Positions 33,885-40,371 of a stretch of 40,420 nt of DNA are shown piece after piece (position 1 is the first letter of the stretch; each line of letters starts with the position of its first letter). The DNA lies in IMG/VR virus record IMGVR_UViG_3300045988_016800, positions 1-40,420 of that record; one strand, given 5' to 3'. The notes beneath the pieces are model-generated. The model saw only the letters and a list, made by a program, of their open reading frames with translations. It ran no database searches and was not told the origin of the DNA. A program made the translations under genes and the position numbers. This DNA is from a virus.

Positions 33885-34258
33885 CTTATTTTAATCCGAA
33901 CCCGGCCGGGCGTCAGGTCGGAGACTGCACGGTCCGGGCGATCTCCAAAGCGACAGGGCAGAGCTGGGATGAGACGTACATGGGCCTGTGCCTGCAGGGG
34001 CTTATCATGGGCGATATGCCGTCCGCAAACAGCGTATGGGGCGCATACCTCCGGCAGCATGGCTTTGCCCGGAACGTGATCCCGAACACATGCCCGGACT
34101 GCTATACGGTCGCGGAGTTCGCGGCAGACCATCCGCGCGGCGTGTATGTGCTGGCCTTATCCAGCCACGTCGTGTGCGTGGAGGACGGAAGCTATTTTGA
34201 CACGTGGGACAGCGGCAGTGAGATCCCGCTGTTCTATTGGGCAAAGGAGGAAACCTGA
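33875..34258 (+). CDS. Papain-fold-like Cys/His protein of unknown function
   Basis: ATG 33875 lies 8 nt after aaggag. 127 aa. VGDCTVRAISKATG (Cys) and ALSSHVVCVEDGSYFDTWDSG (His). Confidence 0.4.
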   Translation: MGFSYFNPNPAGRQVGDCTVRAISKATGQSWDETYMGLCLQGLIMGDMPSANSVWGAYLRQHGFARNVIPNTCPDCYTVAEFAADHPRGVYVLALSSHVVCVEDGSYFDTWDSGSEIPLFYWAKEET

Positions 34259-34728
34259 TGTTTGGACAACAGCCGTACAACGTATATCAGCAGCCGATCT
34301 ACAATCAGCCGCCCATGCCGCCGATGCAGGAACCGCAGATGCAAATGCGCCCACAATATCAGCCCGCACCGCAGATGCAGTATCCGCAGCAGCCGCAGCA
34401 GAACCAAGCGATCATCTGGGTCCCGAACGAGAAGTCGGCGAATGATTTTATTGTCGCACCCAACAATGCGGTTACCCTCTGGGATATGAACGCGCCGGTT
34501 GTGTACGTCAAAAAGGCCGATGCAAGCGGCAAACCTACTATGACAACGTACGATCTTGTAGAGCGCACACAGGCTGTTATAACGCCCACGGCGCCGCGAA
34601 AAGACCAGAGCGAGGAATACGTGACCCGCAGAGAGTTTGACGAGCTGGTGGCCAAGCTGACGGCTCCCAGCGTCAGGCCGACAAGAAAGGTAAAGGAGGC
34701 AGAACCCAATGGCGAATCCGCTGTTTAA
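34258..34728 (+). CDS. Q/P-rich N-terminus protein, unknown function
   Basis: ATG 34258 after aaggagg. 156 aa. The first 55 aa are mostly Q/P/M/Y, followed by a globular segment IIWVPNEKSANDFIVAPNNAVTLWDM. Confidence 0.6.
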   Translation: MFGQQPYNVYQQPIYNQPPMPPMQEPQMQMRPQYQPAPQMQYPQQPQQNQAIIWVPNEKSANDFIVAPNNAVTLWDMNAPVVYVKKADASGKPTMTTYDLVERTQAVITPTAPRKDQSEEYVTRREFDELVAKLTAPSVRPTRKVKEAEPNGESAV

Positions 34729-34927
34729 TGCCCTCGGCGGCGCGCAAATGCCCGGTACGGTCGGGCAGTTCCAAAACATGGTGCAGCAGTTCCGACAGTT
34801 TCAGCAGACATTTCAGGGCGACCCGAAAGCCGAGGTTGAAAAACTGGTGCAGTCCGGGAAGATCTCGCAGCAGCAGCTGAATCAAATGCAGCAGATGGCT
34901 GTGCAGTTCCGGCAACTGCTCGGATAA
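34709..34927 (+). CDS. Q-rich 72-aa protein, unknown function
   Basis: SD aaaggagg. FQNMVQQFRQFQQTFQGDP...QQQLNQMQQMAVQFRQLLG. Confidence 0.55.
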   Translation: MANPLFNALGGAQMPGTVGQFQNMVQQFRQFQQTFQGDPKAEVEKLVQSGKISQQQLNQMQQMAVQFRQLLG

Positions 34928-34988
34928 CTTAATTTCAATTCGTGGCCACGATTGAGATAAATCAAAAATCTACGAAAGGAGAATTTGT

Positions 34989-35774
34989 ATGAGTCTTACT
35001 GATGGAGGCATCCAGACGACTATGCCTGTTCAGCCCGCGAACAACTACGGCGGCGGCATGGGAATGTGGGGCGACAACTGGATCTGGATCATTGTGCTCT
35101 TCCTCTTCGGCTGGGGCCGAAACGGTTGGGGTGGCAATGGTAACGGTAACGGCGGCGTGATGGATGGCTATGTGCTTACGTCCGATTTCGCGAACCTCGA
35201 ACGCAAGCTGGACAGCGTGAACTCCGGGCTGTGCGACGGCTTCTACGCCATGAACACCGGCATGCTCAATGGCTTTGCTGGCGTAACGCAGGCTGTGACA
35301 AACGGCTTCTCGCAGGCCGAGGTCGCACGCTGCAACGCGCAGATGGCGTTCATGCAGCAGCTCAATGCACTGCAGGCGCAGATCGCAAGCTGCTGCTGCG
35401 AAACCAGAGAGGCGATTCAGGGCGTGAACTACAACCTCGCCACGCAGGCTTGCGATACGCGGAACCTTGTGCAGAACACCACCCGCGATATCATCGACGC
35501 TATGAACTGCGGCTTCCGCAGCATCGACCAGCGTCTGACCGCGCAGGAGCTTGCTGCGAAGGATGCGAAAATCGCTGAACAGAGTCAGCAGCTCTTCGCT
35601 GCACAGCTGGCAGCGTCTCAGGCCGCGCAGAACGATACGTTGAAATCCTACGTGAGCGGGCAGCTGGCGTATTACAACCCGCGCCCGGTCCCCTCGTTTG
35701 CGGTCCCGGCTCCGTACCAGTACGCAGGTTGCAACAGCAGCTACAACTATGGCTGCGGCGGCTGCGCTGCGTAA
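34989..35774 (+). CDS. Gly/Trp-rich, Cys-rich membrane protein, unknown function
   Basis: 261 aa. SD aaaggag. GGGMGMWGDNWIWIIVLFLFGWGRNGWGGNGNGNGG. 10 Cys including a CCC triplet and C-terminal GCNSSYNYGCGGCAA. Confidence 0.65.
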   Translation: MSLTDGGIQTTMPVQPANNYGGGMGMWGDNWIWIIVLFLFGWGRNGWGGNGNGNGGVMDGYVLTSDFANLERKLDSVNSGLCDGFYAMNTGMLNGFAGVTQAVTNGFSQAEVARCNAQMAFMQQLNALQAQIASCCCETREAIQGVNYNLATQACDTRNLVQNTTRDIIDAMNCGFRSIDQRLTAQELAAKDAKIAEQSQQLFAAQLAASQAAQNDTLKSYVSGQLAYYNPRPVPSFAVPAPYQYAGCNSSYNYGCGGCAA

Positions 35775-35847
35775 CAACTCCATACCGTAGAGCTTTTTCG
35801 TGGCCTCACGAAAATGATCGGCCCCATTGCCGATACTCGATAGCAAT

Positions 35848-35880
35848 GCGGCGGGGCGACTACCCCGCCGCTATATTTTT
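35848..35880 (+). terminator. Rho-independent terminator
   Basis: gcggcgggg cgacta ccccgccgc followed by tatattttt. Confidence 0.75.
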
Positions 35881-35897
35881 ACGAAAGGACTGATTTT

Positions 35898-36320
35898 ATG
35901 GCCGAATTCACCAACTCCAATATCGTCAACGTCGCCGCTGGGCAGAATGTCCCGCTGACGGAAACCGCAGTCAGCAGCAAACCGTGTATCGTGCACCGCA
36001 GGGGCAGCGGGCAGGTAACGCTCCACGGACTGACCAATCAGTGCAGGGCGATTTTCAAGGTCTCTTATGGCGGCAATATCGCTATCCCGACCGGCGGCAC
36101 AGTCGAGGCGATCACCGCCGCGCTTGCGATCAACGGCGAAGCTTTGACCAGCGCGACTGCAACCGTTACTCCGGCTGCTGTCGAAAACTACTTTAATGTT
36201 TATGTCTCCGCGCAGGTAAGCGTGCCGAAGGGCTGCTGCGTGACGGTAGGCATGCGCAACACCAGCACGCAGGCGGTCAATTTTGCGAACAGCAACCTGA
36301 CCGTCGAGCGTGTGGCTTGA
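35898..36320 (+). CDS. BclA-C-terminal-domain / C1q-TNF-like beta-sandwich protein (tentative)
   Basis: 140 aa. By-eye collinearity with the BclA C-terminal domain, including the C-terminal LTVERVA (BclA ends IIIEKVA). No collagen repeats. Confidence 0.45.
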   Translation: MAEFTNSNIVNVAAGQNVPLTETAVSSKPCIVHRRGSGQVTLHGLTNQCRAIFKVSYGGNIAIPTGGTVEAITAALAINGEALTSATATVTPAAVENYFNVYVSAQVSVPKGCCVTVGMRNTSTQAVNFANSNLTVERVA

Positions 36321-36334
36321 AAGGAGGACGCAAT

Positions 36335-36706
36335 ATGTATGATCTGAGAAATCTCCGTGAAATGCTCTGCAAGGAGCTTGACGATATCGCGGATAAGCGT
36401 GAAATGTCTGCTGGAGACCTCGACGCGATCCAGAAGCTTACCAGCTCCATCAAGAACACCTATAAAATTGAAATGCTCGAGGATGGCGGCTATTCTCGTG
36501 ATGGAGAGTGGGAAGCGGACATGCGTGGCACGTACGGCCGCGGCAGCTCATATCGCGGTCGCCGACGTGATGCGATGGGCCGCTACAGCCGTGCTGACGC
36601 CCGCGAGCATATGCGTACGAAACTAGAGGATATGATGCGCGACGCGGACGACGATACGACCCGTGAAGCGATCCGCCGCTGCATGGAGCAGATCGAGCGG
36701 GCATAG
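36335..36706 (+). CDS. Charged Arg/Asp-rich protein, unknown function
   Basis: ATG 36335 after aaaggagg. 123 aa. GSSYRGRRRDAMGRYSRADAREHM...REAIRRCMEQIERA. Confidence 0.6.
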   Translation: MYDLRNLREMLCKELDDIADKREMSAGDLDAIQKLTSSIKNTYKIEMLEDGGYSRDGEWEADMRGTYGRGSSYRGRRRDAMGRYSRADAREHMRTKLEDMMRDADDDTTREAIRRCMEQIERA

Positions 36707-36718
36707 GGAGGGACGCGC

Positions 36719-37072
36719 ATGCTGGATGAAGCCGAGATCCGAAAGGAGATTGCACGGCTGGAATATGAAGAATCCAGCTATCCCAACTATGCCAAGCTGG
36801 CAGACCTTTATGTGATACGCAATAAAATGCAAGAGGATGAGCGTGGAGGTCGGAGTATGCGCGTATCAACTTACTCCGGGGACCCAGCGCCAGCGATTCA
36901 GACGGAAGCCCCGCAGACAGTAGGCAGCTACGGCGACAGCGACTTCCTGCGTGCGGTCGCAGGGAAATATCCGTCCAGAGTATGGCCAATCATTGACGAA
37001 CTAATGGATACACTTGCAATTGTCAACGCGAAAGTATATAATTCTGTTATGCAGAAAATACAACGCATGTGA
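36719..37072 (+). CDS. Hypothetical protein
   Basis: 117 aa. SD gggaggga. Last gene before attP. Confidence 0.6.
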   Translation: MLDEAEIRKEIARLEYEESSYPNYAKLADLYVIRNKMQEDERGGRSMRVSTYSGDPAPAIQTEAPQTVGSYGDSDFLRAVAGKYPSRVWPIIDELMDTLAIVNAKVYNSVMQKIQRM

Positions 37073-37085
37073 TATGTTAGTTATT

Positions 37086-37095
37086 TGTTAGCAAC
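37086..37095 (+). repeat. tgttagcaac repeat, copy 1 (candidate integrase arm-type site)
   Basis: Exact 10-mer is repeated at 37310-37319 and 37321-37330 in the same orientation, flanking the tRNA-like core. Confidence 0.5.
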
Positions 37096-37114
37096 CGAAA
37101 AAAACTATAAGTGC

Positions 37115-37193
37115 CTGAAAATGTTTTTTGCTTTTGGATTTGCCGATAAAGACTTAAAGATGCCCGAAAATGTCTGAAAATAGTCCGGAAAAT
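37115..37193 (+). repeat. Four copies of CNGAAAAT in the attP left arm
   Basis: ctgaaaat 37115, ccgaaaat 37164, ctgaaaat 37174, cggaaaat 37186. Confidence 0.5.
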
Positions 37194-37201
37194 TAAGACG
37201 G

Positions 37202-37251
37202 CATGCCTTTTAAGCAGGGTGTCCGGAGTTCGAATCTCCGGCGGGTCACCA
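37202..37251 (+). other. attP core: 3' half of a tRNA-Lys(UUU) (anticodon arm to CCA), not a complete tRNA
   Basis: Anticodon loop cttttaa, variable gtgtc, T-arm cggag-ttcgaat-ctccg, acceptor 3' strand gcgggtc, discriminator a, cca. No matching 5' acceptor strand or D-arm upstream. Confidence 0.7.
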
Positions 37252-37253
37252 AG

Positions 37254-37294
37254 AAATCCTTGAAATCTCAATGGTTTCAAGGATTTTTGTTTTT
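37254..37294 (+). terminator. Rho-independent terminator immediately after the tRNA-like segment
   Basis: aaatccttgaaa / tttcaaggattt 12-bp stem, 9-nt loop, then ttgttttt. Overlaps the integrase stop codon. Confidence 0.7.
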
Positions 37295-38404
37295 GACTGC
37301 TTTTTGATTTGTTAGCAACGTGTTAGCAACCGGCGCGTCAATTGCTTCTACGAGCTGGTCGATATCAAAGTGCTCATAAATGTTTGCAGTCGTAGAATAG
37401 TCGGCGTGTCCAAGCATCTTCTGCAGCAATTCTGGTTTGATATTGTTTGCAACTGCCCAGCTTGCGAACGTATGCCGTGTAGCGTGTGGTGTTTTCTTTG
37501 GGATCCCGAGCCGCTCTAAAAGCGGGTAGTAGTCACGGTTCCGGAAATTCGCGGCTACCTTTTGACCTTCATAGCCGGAAATTAAAAGCTCCCCCTTCGC
37601 GCGTTCTTTGAATTCGGCAAAGTATTTCCGCCCTTCTGAGCGGATAGGGATTATCCGGTTCCGCCCCGCTTTGGTTTTTTCGCCGCCGATTACATAGGTT
37701 TCGTGCACGTTCTCTGTGCGAAGCCCAAACAGTTCGCCGATTCGCATGCCGGTATAAATCATCATGAGAACGAGCCTGGCCTCCTGCGAGCCGTCTTTCT
37801 CGATCTTCTTTATTTCATCGGCGGAAAAGATCTCTTTCTCTTTCTTGACGTTCTCCGGAAGCTTGACGAACGACGCAAAATTGGTAGTTATGAGCTCCTG
37901 CCGAATCCCCCATTGAGACATTTGTGTTACGAGCTGTTTGAATTTTGAAAGGGTCGAGTAAGATTTCGCACTGTATTGATCGATTACCGCCTGATAGTCG
38001 GCGGTTCGAAGCTCCCGGAACTTCCTTTCATGCAGCGGCTCAAAAATATCATAGGCCCTTTCGTAGGATTCGGTTCCTTTTGCTCCAATATCGCGAAAGT
38101 GTTCATCCTTCCAAGCTTCATAGACTTCTTTAAATGTCCAGTTATATATTTCATCAAGACTTCTGCCCTGCAGGCGCGCCAGCGCCTCCAGGGCGGAAGT
38201 CTTTTTATCGTAGTATCCGACGATAACGCCGGACTTGGCAGCGACCCACGGCCGCTTCCGACGGCCCTGCAGCTTATATACGGTTCCTGTCCCGTTCGCG
38301 CGCTTTAGTGATTTCTTCTGTGTGTCTTGCTGCCTCCGGCCGCACCAACAGCAAAAAAGAGACCCATCCGGGATTTCCTTTTTACATTTTACGCATTGCG
38401 TCAT
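37277..38404 (-). CDS. int: Tyrosine recombinase / phage integrase with N-terminal zinc ribbon
   Basis: 375 aa. CVKCKKEIPDGSLFCCWCG. Catalytic-domain motifs MRIGEL, HATRHTFAS, LGHADYSTTANIYEH. Adjacent to the tRNA-like attP. Confidence 0.95.
   Translation of the reverse strand: MTQCVKCKKEIPDGSLFCCWCGRRQQDTQKKSLKRANGTGTVYKLQGRRKRPWVAAKSGVIVGYYDKKTSALEALARLQGRSLDEIYNWTFKEVYEAWKDEHFRDIGAKGTESYERAYDIFEPLHERKFRELRTADYQAVIDQYSAKSYSTLSKFKQLVTQMSQWGIRQELITTNFASFVKLPENVKKEKEIFSADEIKKIEKDGSQEARLVLMMIYTGMRIGELFGLRTENVHETYVIGGEKTKAGRNRIIPIRSEGRKYFAEFKERAKGELLISGYEGQKVAANFRNRDYYPLLERLGIPKKTPHATRHTFASWAVANNIKPELLQKMLGHADYSTTANIYEHFDIDQLVEAIDAPVANTLLTNQKAVKNKNP
37310..37330 (+). repeat. tgttagcaac repeat, copies 2 and 3 (tandem, 1-nt spacer)
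   Basis: tgttagcaac g tgttagcaac. Lies within the 3' end of the integrase gene. Confidence 0.5.
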
Positions 38405-38967
38405 GTAGAGTCCTCCCTGTTTTCACGCCGGATGATGCGTAGGATCACGATGCCGCCGAAGATGACGGAGGCAGCGATCAGAGCGATAAATGCCCAGGCG
38501 AGCGCGGAGAGCGTTCCGCCCTGGATGAGACCGGCCTTTTTTATCTGGGCGTCAATGACAAGGTAAGCCACCAGAGAGACCGCCAGCATGGCCGAGATGA
38601 ACAGCAGCACGTAGCATATCGTGTGCGTAGACTTGATCTGCGCCCGCTGGGCGCCATTCGTTGCAAGCAATCTGGCGTTCTCGATTTCCAGCTCATTGTT
38701 TCGCTCCTTCAGTTTGCCAGAATCAGCTACGGGCCTCGGCAGGCCGCACAGCTCGTCCAGCGAGAGGCCAAGCGTGTCGGCAGTTGCAGCAGCGTTATAA
38801 AGCAGAGGGTTCGCCTGCGTGCCGGAATCGACTCTGCAGATGTTGGAGTACGGGACGCCGGACTTTTCGGATAATGTCTTTGCGGTCATGCCGAGATCAT
38901 TTCTTCGCTGCCGGATCTTCTGCGAATACGCATCAAAAAACGGCTGCAATTTTTCCATTGATGTCAA
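38401..38967 (-). CDS. Membrane-anchored XRE-family HTH regulator
   Basis: 188 aa. TTG start 8 nt after ggagg. HTH LGMTAKTLSEKSGVPYSNICRVDSG. Two C-terminal hydrophobic segments. 4-nt overlap with int. Confidence 0.7.
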   Translation of the reverse strand: MTSMEKLQPFFDAYSQKIRQRRNDLGMTAKTLSEKSGVPYSNICRVDSGTQANPLLYNAAATADTLGLSLDELCGLPRPVADSGKLKERNNELEIENARLLATNGAQRAQIKSTHTICYVLLFISAMLAVSLVAYLVIDAQIKKAGLIQGGTLSALAWAFIALIAASVIFGGIVILRIIRRENREDST

Positions 38968-39096
38968 AATAAACGCCTCCAGTAGCAGATTTGCAGAATT
39001 TTAAAAACAGGATAAGAAATTTGCACTTCAGACTACGGGTTTTGCAAAACAGGGTAGCGATACGCAATCCGGAGTATGGACTTTCCCGGATAAACT

Positions 39097-39181
39097 CTGC
39101 TACGATATAGACGTAGCAGATAGCTGCTTCAATGGATATCTGCTGCAAGGCCCCATCGTATGTTCCAGATACGATGGGGCC
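39097..39181. other. Cluster of three hairpins in a 365-bp non-coding gap
   Basis: ctgctacg/cgtagcag (39097-39119). agcagata/tatctgct (39115-39144, shares bases with the first). ggccccatcgtat/atacgatggggcc (39149-39181, 13 bp). Confidence 0.6.
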
Positions 39182-39283
39182 GATCAGACGACAGTATGGA
39201 ATCAAGAGGTCAGTCCCAAAACGTGGATATTCATTCTCCGGCTTTGCCGAAAAATCGATGAATAGTTTGTGCGGAATGCCAAG

Positions 39284-39311
39284 TTGATTTTTAGAACAAA
39301 CGTTCTATAAT
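39284..39311 (+). promoter_or_regulatory. Sigma-70-type promoter with palindrome in the spacer
   Basis: TTGATT, 16-nt spacer, TATAAT. tagaac-aaac-gttcta (39292-39307) overlaps the -10. SD gggagg and ATG 39333 lie downstream. Confidence 0.55.
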
Positions 39312-39332
39312 ATGATATACGGGAGGAAAAAC

Positions 39333-39515
39333 ATGGAGAGCATCAACATCCGGTTCGACCACGGGAAGGTCAACGTAATTGTCGATGGAGCGCTGTTTAA
39401 GGATGTGCATAGCCTGAGCCTGGACTACATCAAGGGCGTCCCGCTCCTTTTCGCCTGCGTCGCCGATGTAAGCCAGGAGCAGAACGACCGCAGGGAACCG
39501 CGGATATTGAACTGA
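39333..39515 (+). CDS. Hypothetical 60-aa protein
   Basis: ATG 39333 after gggagga. Confidence 0.5.
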   Translation: MESINIRFDHGKVNVIVDGALFKDVHSLSLDYIKGVPLLFACVADVSQEQNDRREPRILN

Positions 39516-39523
39516 TAGAAAGG

Positions 39524-39727
39524 ATGGGTATTACAATGCTGCAGAAAGTCATGACGTATTTGCTGGCCGTCGCGCTCGTGGCACTGATCGGATTTCTTGT
39601 CACGTTCGTCATCATGGAAGTCAAGATGACAAAAGCAATGAGGGAATCAGAAGAAAGATATCGCCAATGTCTCGAGGAGATCGAGCGGGAATACAAGAAG
39701 AAGCGAGAAAATCAGCCGCGGTCGTAA
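39524..39727 (+). CDS. Small single-pass membrane protein (BhlA/UviB-like architecture, tentative)
   Basis: 67 aa. TM LLAVALVALIGFLVTFVIM, then a charged tail KMTKAMRESEERYRQCLEEIEREYKKK. Confidence 0.5.
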   Translation: MGITMLQKVMTYLLAVALVALIGFLVTFVIMEVKMTKAMRESEERYRQCLEEIEREYKKKRENQPRS

Positions 39728-40371
39728 TATTTCATGGTCATGCTGGGGACCGTAACTGAGTTTCCGAGGATAGCAATGTAGGTCGCAACACCGTTGCATT
39801 CGCCGTAGCATGTGATCCAGTCGTTTTCTAGGATCCTGCTTTCACCTTCGCCTCTTGTATAGGCGACGTACCAGATCCCGTAATCCGTCTGGACTCTGTA
39901 AACAGCGGAGTCCAGAATCCCCTCTTGAACCTGAATGACGGTCCCGCTGATCACGGTCTTCCGGCCTTTGTACTCGTCCGGTGTTCTTGAGATCCCGGAA
40001 TAGGAAAGATCCTCGCATTCTGCGATATACTCGGCCCGAAGTTCATCGGGCGTCTTCGAGGCATCGGATACGGTGGAGTCGGAAGACCCACCCTGAGAGA
40101 GCAGCGCAACGCAGAGAATAAAGAAGAGCGCGATACAGAGGATGACAATCACCTGCTCTGCAGTGCTCATTCGTTTCCTGTGACGCGCGCCGCAGGCTGG
40201 GCACTTCTTGGCCTTCGCACTGATCTGCGCGCCGCAGGTGCGGCATACAGCCTTCCTGTTTGGTGCTCCGCAGCTTGGGCATTTCTTCGATTTTTCGTTA
40301 AATTCTTCCCCACATCTGGGGCAGACGACTTTATATATTTGCTTCTGCATGATTACATCGCTCTCCGTCAT
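39712..40371 (-). CDS. Double zinc-ribbon, single-TM protein with extracytoplasmic domain
   Basis: 219 aa. CPRCG...CPSCG...CRTCG...CPACG, then TM VIVILCIALFFILCVALL. Alternative start ATG at 40350. The ATG at 40371 lies inside the terminal repeat. Confidence 0.7.
   Translation of the reverse strand: MTESDVIMQKQIYKVVCPRCGEEFNEKSKKCPSCGAPNRKAVCRTCGAQISAKAKKCPACGARHRKRMSTAEQVIVILCIALFFILCVALLSQGGSSDSTVSDASKTPDELRAEYIAECEDLSYSGISRTPDEYKGRKTVISGTVIQVQEGILDSAVYRVQTDYGIWYVAYTRGEGESRILENDWITCYGECNGVATYIAILGNSVTVPSMTMKYYDRG

Noticed and set aside
35796-35819. Hairpin ttttcgtg-gcct-cacgaaaa after the Cys-rich gene, as a terminator.
   Set aside because: It is an AT-rich 8-bp stem with no following T-tract. 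The GC-rich hairpin with a T-tract at 35848-35880 is the credible terminator.
4548-35846. Long minus-strand ORFs: 4548-5567, 5779-6729, 6861-7694, 15779-16801, 18109-18948, 22581-23657, 25978-27057, 28440-29330, 34962-35846.
   Set aside because: Each lies antisense to a well-supported plus-strand gene (ERF/SSB, rep, PAPS reductase, portal, capsid, TMP, tail genes). They have Arg/Ala/Pro-rich off-frame composition typical of GC-rich DNA. They lack SD sequences.
37140-37251. Complete tRNA gene.
   Set aside because: Only the anticodon arm, variable loop, T-arm and 3' acceptor strand are present. No gacccgc 5' acceptor strand or D-arm (agctcag-like) occurs upstream. It is interpreted as the attP copy of a tRNA 3' half.
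37077-37280. 67-aa minus-strand ORF across the attP region.
   Set aside because: It covers the tRNA-like core, the terminator hairpin and the repeats. It has low-complexity translation and no SD.
38933-39205. 90-aa minus-strand ORF in the non-coding gap.
   Set aside because: It overlaps the start of 38401..38967, has no SD, and gives an implausible low-GC translation. The region is better explained by hairpins and promoter elements.
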